A stretch of DNA of 45,153 nucleotides. Source: Patescibacteria group bacterium (GTDB lineage: Bacteria > Patescibacteriota > Minisyncoccia > Moranbacterales > UBA1568). Location: positions 1-45,153 of the forward strand of contig JBBTWC010000008.1 in the NCBI GenBank assembly GCA_038062975.1. The letters are read 5' to 3'. Numbering within the stretch: position 1 is the first letter of the stretch; every line of letters starts with the position of its first letter. Below are positions 1-8,609 of this stretch, one piece after another. The notes below the pieces were generated by a model. It was not told the origin of the DNA, ran no database searches, and was given only the letters and a program-made list of their open reading frames with translations. The position numbers were made by a program, and so were the translations under genes.

Positions 1-8
1 GTCCAAAC

Positions 9-35
9 TTAGCACTCTATACTATGGATTGCTAA
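9..35 (+). promoter_or_regulatory. CIRCE-like inverted repeat (HrcA operator) upstream of dnaJ
   Basis: TTAGCACTC-N9-GATTGCTAA, one mismatch from the CIRCE consensus TTAGCACTC-N9-GAGTGCTAA. It lies about 60 nt upstream of the dnaJ ATG. A TATACT -10-like hexamer sits in the 9-nt spacer. Confidence 0.75.
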
Positions 36-93
36 TTTTTTTATTTTACGATACACTAGGAAATACTGATTGCATAAATGAAGAGGAAGTATT

Positions 94-1182
94 ATGGCAA
101 AAGATTACTACAAGGTGCTTGATATAGCCAAGGGAGCTACGGCCGATGAAGTGAAAAAGGCCTTCCGAAAACTGGCACATAAATATCATCCGGATAAGGG
201 AACCGGAAATGAAGAAAAATTTAAAGAAATAAATGAAGCCTATCAGGTGCTCTCTGATACAGAGAAACGCAAACAGTATGATCAGTTTGGTCAGACGTTT
301 AGCGGGAATGGAGCAGGGCCAGGGCAGGGTGCTGGAGGATATGACTTTAGTGGATTTTCCTCAGGTGGTTTTGACTTTGGTGGAAGCGGGTTTGAAGATC
401 TCTTTTCCGACATGTTTGGCGGGCAAGGAGGGAGAGGCGGACGTACTCGTCGGGGATCAGATATTCAGGTAGATACAGAGATTACGTTTGAAGAAATGGT
501 GCGTGGTACCAGAAAAGATATTCGTCTTCGAAAGTTTGCTCGTTGTGAAACATGTAAGGGTAATGGCGGAAAGCCCGGCTCCAAAGAGGAATCCTGCAAG
601 CGCTGTCAGGGAACTGGGCAAGTTCGTCAGACGGTACAGACCTTACTTGGAGCGTTCACGCAGGCTTCTGTCTGTCCTGATTGTCACGGAAGAGGGAAAG
701 TGCATACTGAAAAATGTGCTGAATGTCGAGGTGACGGACGTGTGCAACGCGAAGAAACGATTTCTGTAGATATTCCCGCTGGTATTCGTGAAGGACAAAT
801 GCTTTCGCTTTCGGGTCATGGGGCAGCTGGTGAAGCTGGGGCGCCAGCAGGCGATCTCTTGGTAGCGGTTCACGTGCGTCCTCATCCAAAGTTGAATCGA
901 AGGGGAGATGACATTGTTTCACATTTGACGCTGTCGCTTTCAAAAATGGCCCTTGGAGACAAGATTCCCGTAGAAACAATTGAGGGAACGGTGACGATGA
1001 AGGTGCCAGCGGGTACACAGCCCGGAGAAGTTTTTCGTATCAAAGGGAAGGGCGTACCACACCTTGGCCGAACAGGGAGAGGAGATCACTTGGTGACGGT
1101 TTCTATTCAAGTGCCAAAAAAATTAACGGCAGAAATGAGAAAGGCTTTGGAGGCTCTCGCGAAAGCAGAGAAGAAAGGCTAG
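94..1182 (+). CDS. dnaJ: Molecular chaperone DnaJ (type I Hsp40)
   Basis: J domain with HPD (KYHPDKG), a Gly/Phe-rich linker, and four CxxCxGxG repeats (CETCKGNG, CKRCQGTG, CPDCHGRG, CAECRGDG). GAGGA Shine-Dalgarno 6 nt before the ATG. Confidence 0.97.
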   Translation: MAKDYYKVLDIAKGATADEVKKAFRKLAHKYHPDKGTGNEEKFKEINEAYQVLSDTEKRKQYDQFGQTFSGNGAGPGQGAGGYDFSGFSSGGFDFGGSGFEDLFSDMFGGQGGRGGRTRRGSDIQVDTEITFEEMVRGTRKDIRLRKFARCETCKGNGGKPGSKEESCKRCQGTGQVRQTVQTLLGAFTQASVCPDCHGRGKVHTEKCAECRGDGRVQREETISVDIPAGIREGQMLSLSGHGAAGEAGAPAGDLLVAVHVRPHPKLNRRGDDIVSHLTLSLSKMALGDKIPVETIEGTVTMKVPAGTQPGEVFRIKGKGVPHLGRTGRGDHLVTVSIQVPKKLTAEMRKALEALAKAEKKG

Positions 1183-1296
1183 TTTTGCTCCGAAACTCTC
1201 TTTTCTCTATACTAAGGGAAGAGGGTGTTCTGTATTCTTTACGGCATGATCATACTGAAACCTCTTTTCCTTTTGTAAAAAACTCCTCCTCTTTCA

Positions 1297-3003
1297 ATGG
1301 CTGATTGGAAATACAAAATAAAAACTCCTCCTTTGATGGGAGGAGAAAAACTTCATCCTGTTACAGAAGCACTTCTGACAGAACGTGGTATACAAGATCC
1401 CGAAGAACGGGAGCGTTTTTTGGCGCCTCATTTTGAGCGAGATATCCATGATCCGTTTTTGTTCTCTCAGATGGAAAAAGTGGTGGAGCGTATCGGACAA
1501 GAGCGTGATGCAAAAAGGAAAATAGGAGTCTTTGGTGATTATGATGCAGATGGAGTAACCTCCTCTGTTATTATGCGCGAGGCACTTTTGGCGTGTGGAG
1601 TCGATGTTGTAGTGTACATTCCGGAGAAAAACAGCGAAGGCCATGGACTGAATACGAATGCTATTTCATTTTTTGAGAGTGAGGGTGTGAAACTCATGAT
1701 GACGTTGGATTGTGGGATGATGAATCACGAAGAAATTCGTTTTGGAAATGAACGCGGAATAGATACGATTATTGTTGATCACCATCATGTTCCAGAAGTA
1801 TTGCCGGAAGCATTTGCTATTATCAATCCCAAGATTCCCACAGAAACCTATCCTTTTCGAGAGCTCTGTGGTGCCGGAACAAGTTTCAAAGTGGCTCAGG
1901 CGCTGTATCAAAAGTTCCTGCCAGAAAGTACCGATCAGTTGAAATGGATTTTAGACGTTGTAGCAACAGGAACGGTAGCAGATGTTATGCCACTTATCGG
2001 AGAAAACCGGACCATTGTAAAATATGGTCTTTTAGTGCTTTCAAAAACCAGGCGAGTTGGGTTTCAGGAAATGTTTGCGGTTGGGAATATGAATATTGAT
2101 GAAGGAAAACTTCCAGATGCTAGAACCATTGGATTTCAAATAGCGCCTCGTATCAATGCTGCTTCTCGAATGGCGCACGCTATGTTGGCGCATGATTTAC
2201 TTATGGAACGAGATCCAGTAAAAGCAAGACTCTTAGCTCTGGATCTGGAAGCGCATAATGTTGCTCGTCGGAAACTGAGTACCGAGACAGCAGAAAATGT
2301 GAGTAAGCTCGCCAAAGAAAAATTTTCTGATAAGAAATTTATTTTTGCTGTCGGAGAGCACTACCCGTTTGGTATTGTTGGTTTGATTGCTGGGCGTATT
2401 GCGAATGAATTTCATAAGCCGACATGTGTTTTGTTCCGGGGAGAGGAAGAAAGTCAGGGATCGTTTCGCAGTATTCCTGAATTCAATATTATTGAAGCGC
2501 TCGAGCAGTGTGCTGATATGTTGGTGAAGTACGGTGGACACGCTCAGGCAGCTGGAATGACTATCAAAAATGATCGTCTCGACGAATTTTATGAAAAATT
2601 TAATGCTTTGGCAGAAGCCAGCCTGACAGACGTTGTAACAGAGCCCGAGCTTCTCATAGATGTAGAGGTAGAAGCAGGACATGTTACCAATGCTTTGTAT
2701 CGCGACGTCTCACTCATGGCTCCTTTTGGTCATGGAAATACGGAGCCTGTTTTTGCGCTCCATAACATGCGAGTGGTTGAGTGTCGTTTGGTTGGGAATG
2801 GCAGTAAGCATCTCAAGCTCAAGCTTGCTGATCCGAGTGGAGGGAAAATCTTTGAAGCGATTGGTTTTTCTTTAGCGAATGCCTGTGAGGATCTTGTGGT
2901 AGACGAAAAGGTGGATGTGGTATTTCAATTGGCAGAGAATACCTGGAATGGATCTACGACGCTCCAGCTGAAACTTTTGGATCTTCGCCGAACCGAGGCA
3001 TGA
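1297..3003 (+). CDS. recJ: Single-stranded-DNA-specific exonuclease RecJ
   Basis: DHH-family motifs (FGDYDADGVTS, IIVDHHHVP) and a DHHA1-type GGHAQAAG. 568 aa is typical of bacterial RecJ. Confidence 0.9.
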   Translation: MADWKYKIKTPPLMGGEKLHPVTEALLTERGIQDPEERERFLAPHFERDIHDPFLFSQMEKVVERIGQERDAKRKIGVFGDYDADGVTSSVIMREALLACGVDVVVYIPEKNSEGHGLNTNAISFFESEGVKLMMTLDCGMMNHEEIRFGNERGIDTIIVDHHHVPEVLPEAFAIINPKIPTETYPFRELCGAGTSFKVAQALYQKFLPESTDQLKWILDVVATGTVADVMPLIGENRTIVKYGLLVLSKTRRVGFQEMFAVGNMNIDEGKLPDARTIGFQIAPRINAASRMAHAMLAHDLLMERDPVKARLLALDLEAHNVARRKLSTETAENVSKLAKEKFSDKKFIFAVGEHYPFGIVGLIAGRIANEFHKPTCVLFRGEEESQGSFRSIPEFNIIEALEQCADMLVKYGGHAQAAGMTIKNDRLDEFYEKFNALAEASLTDVVTEPELLIDVEVEAGHVTNALYRDVSLMAPFGHGNTEPVFALHNMRVVECRLVGNGSKHLKLKLADPSGGKIFEAIGFSLANACEDLVVDEKVDVVFQLAENTWNGSTTLQLKLLDLRRTEA

Positions 3004-3057
3004 GGGAGGGAAATATGGTATTATAGAAGGGCAAAAAACTTACGATATCAAGAGAGT

Positions 3058-3486
3058 ATGGATCAGATTGTTATGTATTCGGATGGTGGGTCGCGAGGGA
3101 ATCCTGGACCAGCAGCACTCGGAGTGTATATTGAAACTTTGGGAAAGCAGTACGGAGAGTATCTTGGAAAAAAGACAAATAATGAAGCCGAATACTCAGC
3201 TATTGTTTCTGGTCTCAAGAAAATTCGATCTTTGGTAGGGAAGACCAAGGCCAAGGAAACCAAGGTGGAATGCCGGATGGATAGCGAACTAGCCGTGAGA
3301 CAGCTTACGCATCAGTACAAGGTAGAGAAGGAACATATCCAGAAGCTTTGTTTTGAGGTATGGAATGTGGCTACAGATTTTGCTTCTGTTTCTTTTGTAC
3401 ATATTCCACGAGAGAAGAATCAGGTGGCAGATAAAATGGTTAATGTTGCTCTCGATGAGCATTCGCATCAAAAAACTCTTTTGTGA
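3058..3486 (+). CDS. rnhA: Ribonuclease HI (type 1 RNase H)
   Basis: 142 aa with YSDGGSRGNPGPAA and NNEAEY motifs, plus Asp/Glu residues spaced as in the RNase H catalytic tetrad. Confidence 0.85.
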   Translation: MDQIVMYSDGGSRGNPGPAALGVYIETLGKQYGEYLGKKTNNEAEYSAIVSGLKKIRSLVGKTKAKETKVECRMDSELAVRQLTHQYKVEKEHIQKLCFEVWNVATDFASVSFVHIPREKNQVADKMVNVALDEHSHQKTLL

Positions 3487-4490
3487 AAATCTTTTCAAAA
3501 AAAAATCTTGTTATCGGAATTGTTCTCCTGGCTGTTGGCGCTGGAGTGTGGTGGTATCTGGAGAGTAAAAAGGAGGCCGAAGATGTTCCTACTGAAGAGG
3601 TAAAACGAGGAGTCGTTGTAGAGACTGTTTCTGTTACCGGAGAATTATTGCACGAGGAATATGCAGATCTTTCTTTTTTGACTCTTGGTACTGTAGAAAG
3701 TGTAGATGCTTCTATTGGAGATCGGGTAACCGAAGGACAGAAACTTATTACTTTAGATTCCCCAGCGCTTGAGTCTGAGCTGAATGCAGCTCGTATCGCG
3801 CTTTCCATTGCAGAAGAAAATGAAAAGCTCGCGAGAAGAACTTGGCATAGTCTTCGTCCCGAGGCTCGTGAAGCAAAGAAGCTGGCTACTGAGCAAGCCC
3901 GAGAAACGCTTCGAGGTGCAATGTCTCAAATGAAAAATAGCGTGATGACTTCTCCTTTGGAAGGATTTCTTTCAAAACTGGATGTTCGAGTAGGGGAAAC
4001 AGTGACAGCGGGAAAGGTTATTGCTCGTGTAGCCAAGGATTCTGGTTTTGAGATTGAAGCTCGTGTTCCAGAATCTGACATTGCCAAGCTAGAGAAAGGA
4101 ATGCGGGCTCGTGTTACCTTTGATTCCCTTTCGGATAATGAAATCTTTGATGCAGAAGTTATTGATATCGATCCTGCATCCACCGTGGTTCAGGATGTTG
4201 TTTCGTATAAAGTGACTTTCCGCTTTCCTTCGACCGATGAGCGTTTAAAGGAGGGGATGACAGTAAATATCGATGTTGAAACTTCTAAGAAAGAAGGTGT
4301 TTTAGTGGTGCCTTTTCGAGCTCTCACAGAACTAAACGGTGTAACGTATGCTGAAATTAAGGGTACCGATGGGAAATTAGTAAAGGTAGAGGTAGTAACA
4401 GGATTAGAGGGCGATGAAGGTGAGGTAGAAGTGATCTCAGGTCTTTCTGAGGGAGATAGAATAACGCTGGGGGCCAAACAGAAGAATTAG
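3483..4490 (+). CDS. HlyD/MacA-type membrane-fusion (periplasmic adaptor) family protein
   Basis: N-terminal signal-anchor helix (LVIGIVLLAVGAGVWWYL), a helical hairpin-like middle and a beta-rich C-terminus typical of efflux adaptor subunits. The GTG start overlaps the rnhA stop (GTGA). Confidence 0.65.
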   Translation: MKIFSKKNLVIGIVLLAVGAGVWWYLESKKEAEDVPTEEVKRGVVVETVSVTGELLHEEYADLSFLTLGTVESVDASIGDRVTEGQKLITLDSPALESELNAARIALSIAEENEKLARRTWHSLRPEAREAKKLATEQARETLRGAMSQMKNSVMTSPLEGFLSKLDVRVGETVTAGKVIARVAKDSGFEIEARVPESDIAKLEKGMRARVTFDSLSDNEIFDAEVIDIDPASTVVQDVVSYKVTFRFPSTDERLKEGMTVNIDVETSKKEGVLVVPFRALTELNGVTYAEIKGTDGKLVKVEVVTGLEGDEGEVEVISGLSEGDRITLGAKQKN

Positions 4491-4508
4491 CTTAGAATAA
4501 GGGAAATA

Positions 4509-4537
4509 TTGACATTTTACCTATTTTATGCTAAAAT
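4509..4537 (+). promoter_or_regulatory. Sigma70-type promoter for rnpB
   Basis: TTGACA (4509-4514), a 17-nt spacer, then TAAAAT (4532-4537). It ends about 15 nt before the first paired base of the RNase P RNA P1 stem. Confidence 0.6.
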
Positions 4538-4552
4538 AAATCGTTTCCAGTT

Positions 4553-4926
4553 CCTTTCTAGAACAGATTGGACTACTGCGCTTGAGCTTTACGCTTAGGT
4601 GAGGAAAGTCCGGACATTTGGACTCCAATAAAGGAGTCGTTGGTAGCGGGTAACGCCCGTCGTGAGTGATCACAGAGGTGCGAGCAGAGACGCCTTTTTG
4701 CGAAAGCAAAGGGCATCCAAGGCGCAAGTTTTGGATGAGCTCTTGTAGTAATACGAGAGGTGAAACGGCTAAATCCTTACCTGAATGCAAGGACGTGCCT
4801 GTCTCTTCTTGGAGCTCAAGAAGAGCTGGGAGTGCCGCAAAGATCCTTCTGGCAACAGAAGGGCAAGATAAATGGTAGTCGCCCGCAAGGGTACAGAATC
4901 CGGCTTATAGATCTGTTCTAGAAAGG
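4553..4926 (+). ncRNA. rnpB: RNase P RNA, bacterial type A
   Basis: Universal P4 strands GAGGAAAGTCCGGAC (4601-4615) and ACAGAATCCGGCTTATAG (4893-4910). GGTAACGCC element present. A perfect 16-bp terminal P1 pairing joins CCTTTCTAGAACAGAT (4553-4568) to ATCTGTTCTAGAAAGG (4911-4926). Confidence 0.9.
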
Positions 4927-4942
4927 AAATGTAAATGAATAT

Positions 4943-6373
4943 ATGAAGCGATCAGAAATCTTTTTTAGTTCTATTCAGGTTCCTATCGACGTAGTAATGA
5001 TTTTACTCGCAGCGACCTCTGCGTACTATTTGCGTAGCCTGCCAATGTTTCAGGGTTATGTCTCCAAGGTCTTTAATCTTGGTTTTCAGGAGTACATTAC
5101 GTCGGTTCTTATTTTGACTCCGTTTTTGATTCTGGTTTTGGCTTTGGAGGGTTTGTATACGATGCGCGTTACGCGCCGTTTTTGGCATGAAGCCTATGGA
5201 GTGGGTCGAGCCCTTACGCTCGCCTTTATCTTTCTTATTATTGCTATCTTTTTGAATCGCGAATGGTTTTCTTCGCGCTTTGTGATCGTTGTCGGTTGGG
5301 GGTTAGCTGTTATTTATATCGCTCTTTCGCGCACTATTATTCAGTTAATCCAGAAGTGGCTTTTGACGCATAAGGGTATTGGTGTGCATCGCGTATTGCT
5401 TATTGGCGTCAATAAAAAGATGCAAGTGATGCGGAGACAGCTTCAAAGAGATAAGGCTCGTGGATATAAGGTTGTTGATCAGATTGAAGATGTGAGCATT
5501 ACTCATATTAAAGAGATTCGTGCCCAAAAGGGTGTGGATGAGATTATTATTGGTGATCCGAGTTTTACAGACGAAGAACTGACGAAGCTGATGGACTTTT
5601 GTCAGATCAACAATATTACCTATAAGTATGTTCCAACGACTTCGCAGACTTCTCGGTTTACGATGAAGATTTTTGCTGGGGAACCTATTATTGAATATCA
5701 GCACACACCGCTTGATGGCTGGGCTCGTGTATTGAAGCGTGCTTATGATTTGGTGGCCGGACTTCTTTTGACGATGCTTTTTTCGCCACTCATGTTGGTG
5801 ATCGCCATTCTTATTAAGATTGAAGATCCGAATGGCCCGATCATTTATAAGAATGAACGCATTGGTGAAAACGGACAGAAGTTTTTTGTCTTCAAGTTTC
5901 GTTATATGCAGTGGAAATACTGTATCACCAAGGAAAATAAGGATTTAAAGGAGGCGATTGCTTTTGAGAAAAAACTGATTGAAGAGCGTAACAGTCGAAA
6001 GGGTGGAGTGTTGTATAAGATCAAGGATGATCCACGCAAAATGAAGGTAGGTGCTTTTATCGAGCGTTTTTCCTTGGATGAATTACCACAGTTTTTCAAT
6101 GTTCTCCGTGGTGATATGAGCCTCGTTGGTCCTCGTCCGCACCAGGAGCGTGAAGTTGAGCGTTACGCCGAATATCACCGAAGACTCCTTACGATCAAGC
6201 CAGGTATTACTGGAATGGCTCAGGTTTCTGGGCGATCAGATCTGGCTTTTGAGGATGAGTATCGACTCGATGTTTTTTATATTGAAAACTGGTCTTTGTG
6301 GCTGGATATCGTTATCTGTCTCAAGACAGCCGGAGCACTCTTGCGAAGACGAAAAAACGTTCGCGGTAAGTAA
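4943..6373 (+). CDS. Polyprenyl-phosphate sugar-phosphate transferase (WbaP/large PGT type, initiating enzyme)
   Basis: N-terminal transmembrane helices and a central CoA-binding-like domain (RVLLIGVNKK). C-terminal bacterial sugar-transferase motifs (DELPQFFNVLRGDMSLVGPRPH, KPGITGMAQV). Confidence 0.9.
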   Translation: MKRSEIFFSSIQVPIDVVMILLAATSAYYLRSLPMFQGYVSKVFNLGFQEYITSVLILTPFLILVLALEGLYTMRVTRRFWHEAYGVGRALTLAFIFLIIAIFLNREWFSSRFVIVVGWGLAVIYIALSRTIIQLIQKWLLTHKGIGVHRVLLIGVNKKMQVMRRQLQRDKARGYKVVDQIEDVSITHIKEIRAQKGVDEIIIGDPSFTDEELTKLMDFCQINNITYKYVPTTSQTSRFTMKIFAGEPIIEYQHTPLDGWARVLKRAYDLVAGLLLTMLFSPLMLVIAILIKIEDPNGPIIYKNERIGENGQKFFVFKFRYMQWKYCITKENKDLKEAIAFEKKLIEERNSRKGGVLYKIKDDPRKMKVGAFIERFSLDELPQFFNVLRGDMSLVGPRPHQEREVERYAEYHRRLLTIKPGITGMAQVSGRSDLAFEDEYRLDVFYIENWSLWLDIVICLKTAGALLRRRKNVRGK

Positions 6374-6380
6374 GGAAAAG

Positions 6381-6405
6381 CTTCCCCATAAGGGGGAGTT
6401 TTTTT
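6381..6405 (+). terminator. Rho-independent terminator after the PGT gene
   Basis: Stem CTTCCCC / GGGGGAG (7 bp including one G-U) with an ATAA loop, followed by TTTTTTT. Confidence 0.6.
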
Positions 6406-6406
6406 A

Positions 6407-6415
6407 TGCTATACT
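6407..6415 (+). promoter_or_regulatory. Extended -10 promoter element (TGCTATACT)
   Basis: TGnTATACT lies 28 nt upstream of the 6443 ATG. The same motif recurs in other intergenic regions of this window. Confidence 0.35.
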
Positions 6416-6442
6416 GTACTTGTATTTTTAATACATTGTCTT

Positions 6443-6805
6443 ATGCCACTCGTGTTTAAATGGCTTATCAGTGCACTTGCCTTTTTGGCTCTCCCGCATA
6501 TTGTTCCTGGAATTAGTGTGGAAGGATTTGGTACAGCGCTCGTCCTGGCTTTATTTTGGGGGCTTATTAATATTACGATCAAGCCAATTCTGCTTATCCT
6601 GACACTTCCGCTCAATCTTCTGACGCTTGGGATTTTTACCTTTATTATCAATGGATTTCTTTTGTGGCTTCTTGGAGGCATTGTAAAGGGATTCGAAGTG
6701 CAGGGGTTTTGGGTAGCGGTACTTGGAGCACTTGTTCTTTCTCTCATTAGTGCGCTTTCGCATTTTGTGATGCAAAAGAGTCTTCAGGAGCCGGTTTCCC
6801 AATGA
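6443..6805 (+). CDS. DUF360 / phage-holin-4_2 family small membrane protein
   Basis: 120 aa with four predicted transmembrane helices. The pattern ...GFGTALVLALFWGLINITIKPILLILTLPLNLLTLGIFTFIINGF... is characteristic of this family. Confidence 0.65.
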   Translation: MPLVFKWLISALAFLALPHIVPGISVEGFGTALVLALFWGLINITIKPILLILTLPLNLLTLGIFTFIINGFLLWLLGGIVKGFEVQGFWVAVLGALVLSLISALSHFVMQKSLQEPVSQ

Positions 6806-6902
6806 GCAGGTTTATAAAAAGGGGTTTTTAAGGCCTCTTTTTTCTTTGGGGAGAGTAGGTTACAATAGCTGGTAAAGGCTTTAATTCGGATGATTTCTTA
6901 CT

Positions 6903-7862
6903 ATGAAAGTACTTATAACAGGAGGAGCAGGGTTTATTGGTTCGACAACTGCAAAGGCACTTATGGATCGTGGAGACACCCCGATTCTTATAGATAACTT
7001 TAATGATTACTACGATCCTCAGGTAAAACATGATCGGATTAAGATTTTCCTTAAGAATTATAAAGGAAAATTCAAGCTGTATAAGGGCGATATCCGTGAT
7101 AGAAAGTTTCTTGAAAAAGTATTTTCGGCTGAAAAGCCAAAAAAGGTTATTCACCTCGCCGCTATGGCAGGTGTGCGGTATGCGATTGAAAACCCGAGTC
7201 TCTACGCAGATGTGAATGTCATGGGAACGACAAATATGCTCGACATGGCAGTGAAGTACAAGGTAAAGAACTTTTTGTACGCCTCATCCTCTTCTGTGTA
7301 CGGGAATAATAAGAAGGTTCCGTTTTCAGAGAGTGATAGTGTCGATACGCCTATTTCACCGTACGCTGCTACAAAAAAGGCTACCGAGCTTATGGCTCAT
7401 GTGTATAGTCATATTCACAAACTTCCGACAACAGGCCTCCGCTTCTTTACTGTCTATGGACCATGGGGCAGACCAGATATGGCGTTGTTTAAGTTTACCA
7501 AAGCGATTCTAGAAAATCAGGCTATCGAAGTGTATAATCGGGGCCAGATGACGAGGAATTTTACGTACGTTGATGATATTGTTTCTGGGATACTAACAAT
7601 ACTCGATCTAGATCTTTCTTGTGAGGTTATGAATATTGGAGGTGACCGAGAGGAAAAGCTTACCCGTTTTATTGAAGTGATTGAAGAGAATCTTGGAAAA
7701 AAGGCAAAGAAAAAACTCCTTCCTATGCAACCAGGAGACGTTCCTTCTACGGTAGCTGATATTCGGAAACTTCGGAAGCATGGCTGGAAGCCTACTACTC
7801 AGATTGAGAAAGGGATTAAGAACTTTGTTGATTGGTATAAAGAATACTACAAAGTTCAGTAA
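6903..7862 (+). CDS. UDP-glucuronate 4-epimerase-like extended SDR
   Basis: GGAGFIGS Rossmann motif, IDNFNDYYD, catalytic YAATK, and the family hallmark LRFFTVYGPWGRPDMALFKFTKAI. Confidence 0.8.
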   Translation: MKVLITGGAGFIGSTTAKALMDRGDTPILIDNFNDYYDPQVKHDRIKIFLKNYKGKFKLYKGDIRDRKFLEKVFSAEKPKKVIHLAAMAGVRYAIENPSLYADVNVMGTTNMLDMAVKYKVKNFLYASSSSVYGNNKKVPFSESDSVDTPISPYAATKKATELMAHVYSHIHKLPTTGLRFFTVYGPWGRPDMALFKFTKAILENQAIEVYNRGQMTRNFTYVDDIVSGILTILDLDLSCEVMNIGGDREEKLTRFIEVIEENLGKKAKKKLLPMQPGDVPSTVADIRKLRKHGWKPTTQIEKGIKNFVDWYKEYYKVQ

Positions 7863-7865
7863 GGG

Positions 7866-8609
7866 CTAGCGCTCTTTTGAAAGGATAATCCAAAGAGCAA
7901 GGAGGAGTGTTCCAAGGAGAAAGATACTGAAAAGAATCGCAAGTCCAGCCCCTTTGAAAAGAGGGGCTTTATATTGAGAAATTCTATCAGTGAGCTCTTG
8001 TAGATTTCCAAGAAAACTATCGTTACTATAAGCCGGGTGCATTTTCAGTGTGCGGTCTTGATAGAGCTTACCCTTTCCTTCATTAAAAAAACTTTTCCCG
8101 AGAAACTGTTCTTCGCTACTTGCCTCCAATACCGGGCGTTCTTTGCTTTTTCGGTCATAGGGAGAGAGGTAGGTGATTCTTAAGCAATACTCTTTTCCTT
8201 GGGAATCCGGTATAGAAGGAAAGTTGAAGCGGTAGTATGTATGGGGTTCTGGAGTGAGGAACGTAATACTCTTTTTTACGAGGACAGTTTGACAGGAGTG
8301 ATCTGCAAGAGAAAGGAGTATTTCTTCTCCTGGAAGAAGTCTGAGCTTTTCGATTAATATTTTTACTTGACTCAGGTTATTTTCAGACGCAGTAAACTTT
8401 TGAGTAAGCGGACTTTCTTTTTCTAATTTGATTTGGTCTGTTTCTCCTAAAAAATTATATTCTGAATCTGGAAAAGCAAGCTTTTCAAAGAAGAAAAAGG
8501 TAATAAGGAATATCCCGATGCAGAAACCAATAAGAAGGAAAAGGGGAGTGAAATGGATCTTTAGAGGTAAAGACATAGGGCTAGAGATAGTAGCGAGGAA
8601 TAATAACAT
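7866..8609 (-). CDS. Hypothetical bitopic membrane protein (one TM at each end, ~190-aa extracytoplasmic middle)
   Basis: ORF with hydrophobic helices at both ends and no recognisable motif. It overlaps the upstream gene by 29 nt. An alternative ATG at 8576 (MSLPLK...) would leave a 4-nt gap. Confidence 0.5.
   Translation of the reverse strand: MLLFLATISSPMSLPLKIHFTPLFLLIGFCIGIFLITFFFFEKLAFPDSEYNFLGETDQIKLEKESPLTQKFTASENNLSQVKILIEKLRLLPGEEILLSLADHSCQTVLVKKSITFLTPEPHTYYRFNFPSIPDSQGKEYCLRITYLSPYDRKSKERPVLEASSEEQFLGKSFFNEGKGKLYQDRTLKMHPAYSNDSFLGNLQELTDRISQYKAPLFKGAGLAILFSIFLLGTLLLALWIILSKER

Noticed and set aside
1198-1223. Hairpin after dnaJ as an intrinsic terminator
   Set aside because: The 8-bp stem needs two G-U pairs, has a 10-nt loop and lacks a clean U-tract, so it is too weak to call.
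4521-4878. Track ORFs 4521-4790 (-) and 4666-4878 (+) as protein-coding genes
   Set aside because: Both lie entirely within the RNase P RNA, whose conserved P4 strands and P1 helix explain the region. Their translations are low-complexity with no motifs.
6443-6805. Holin-family gene as part of a prophage lysis cassette
   Set aside because: There is no endolysin, spanin, integrase, terminase or structural gene anywhere in the window. DUF360 proteins are widespread chromosomal membrane proteins.
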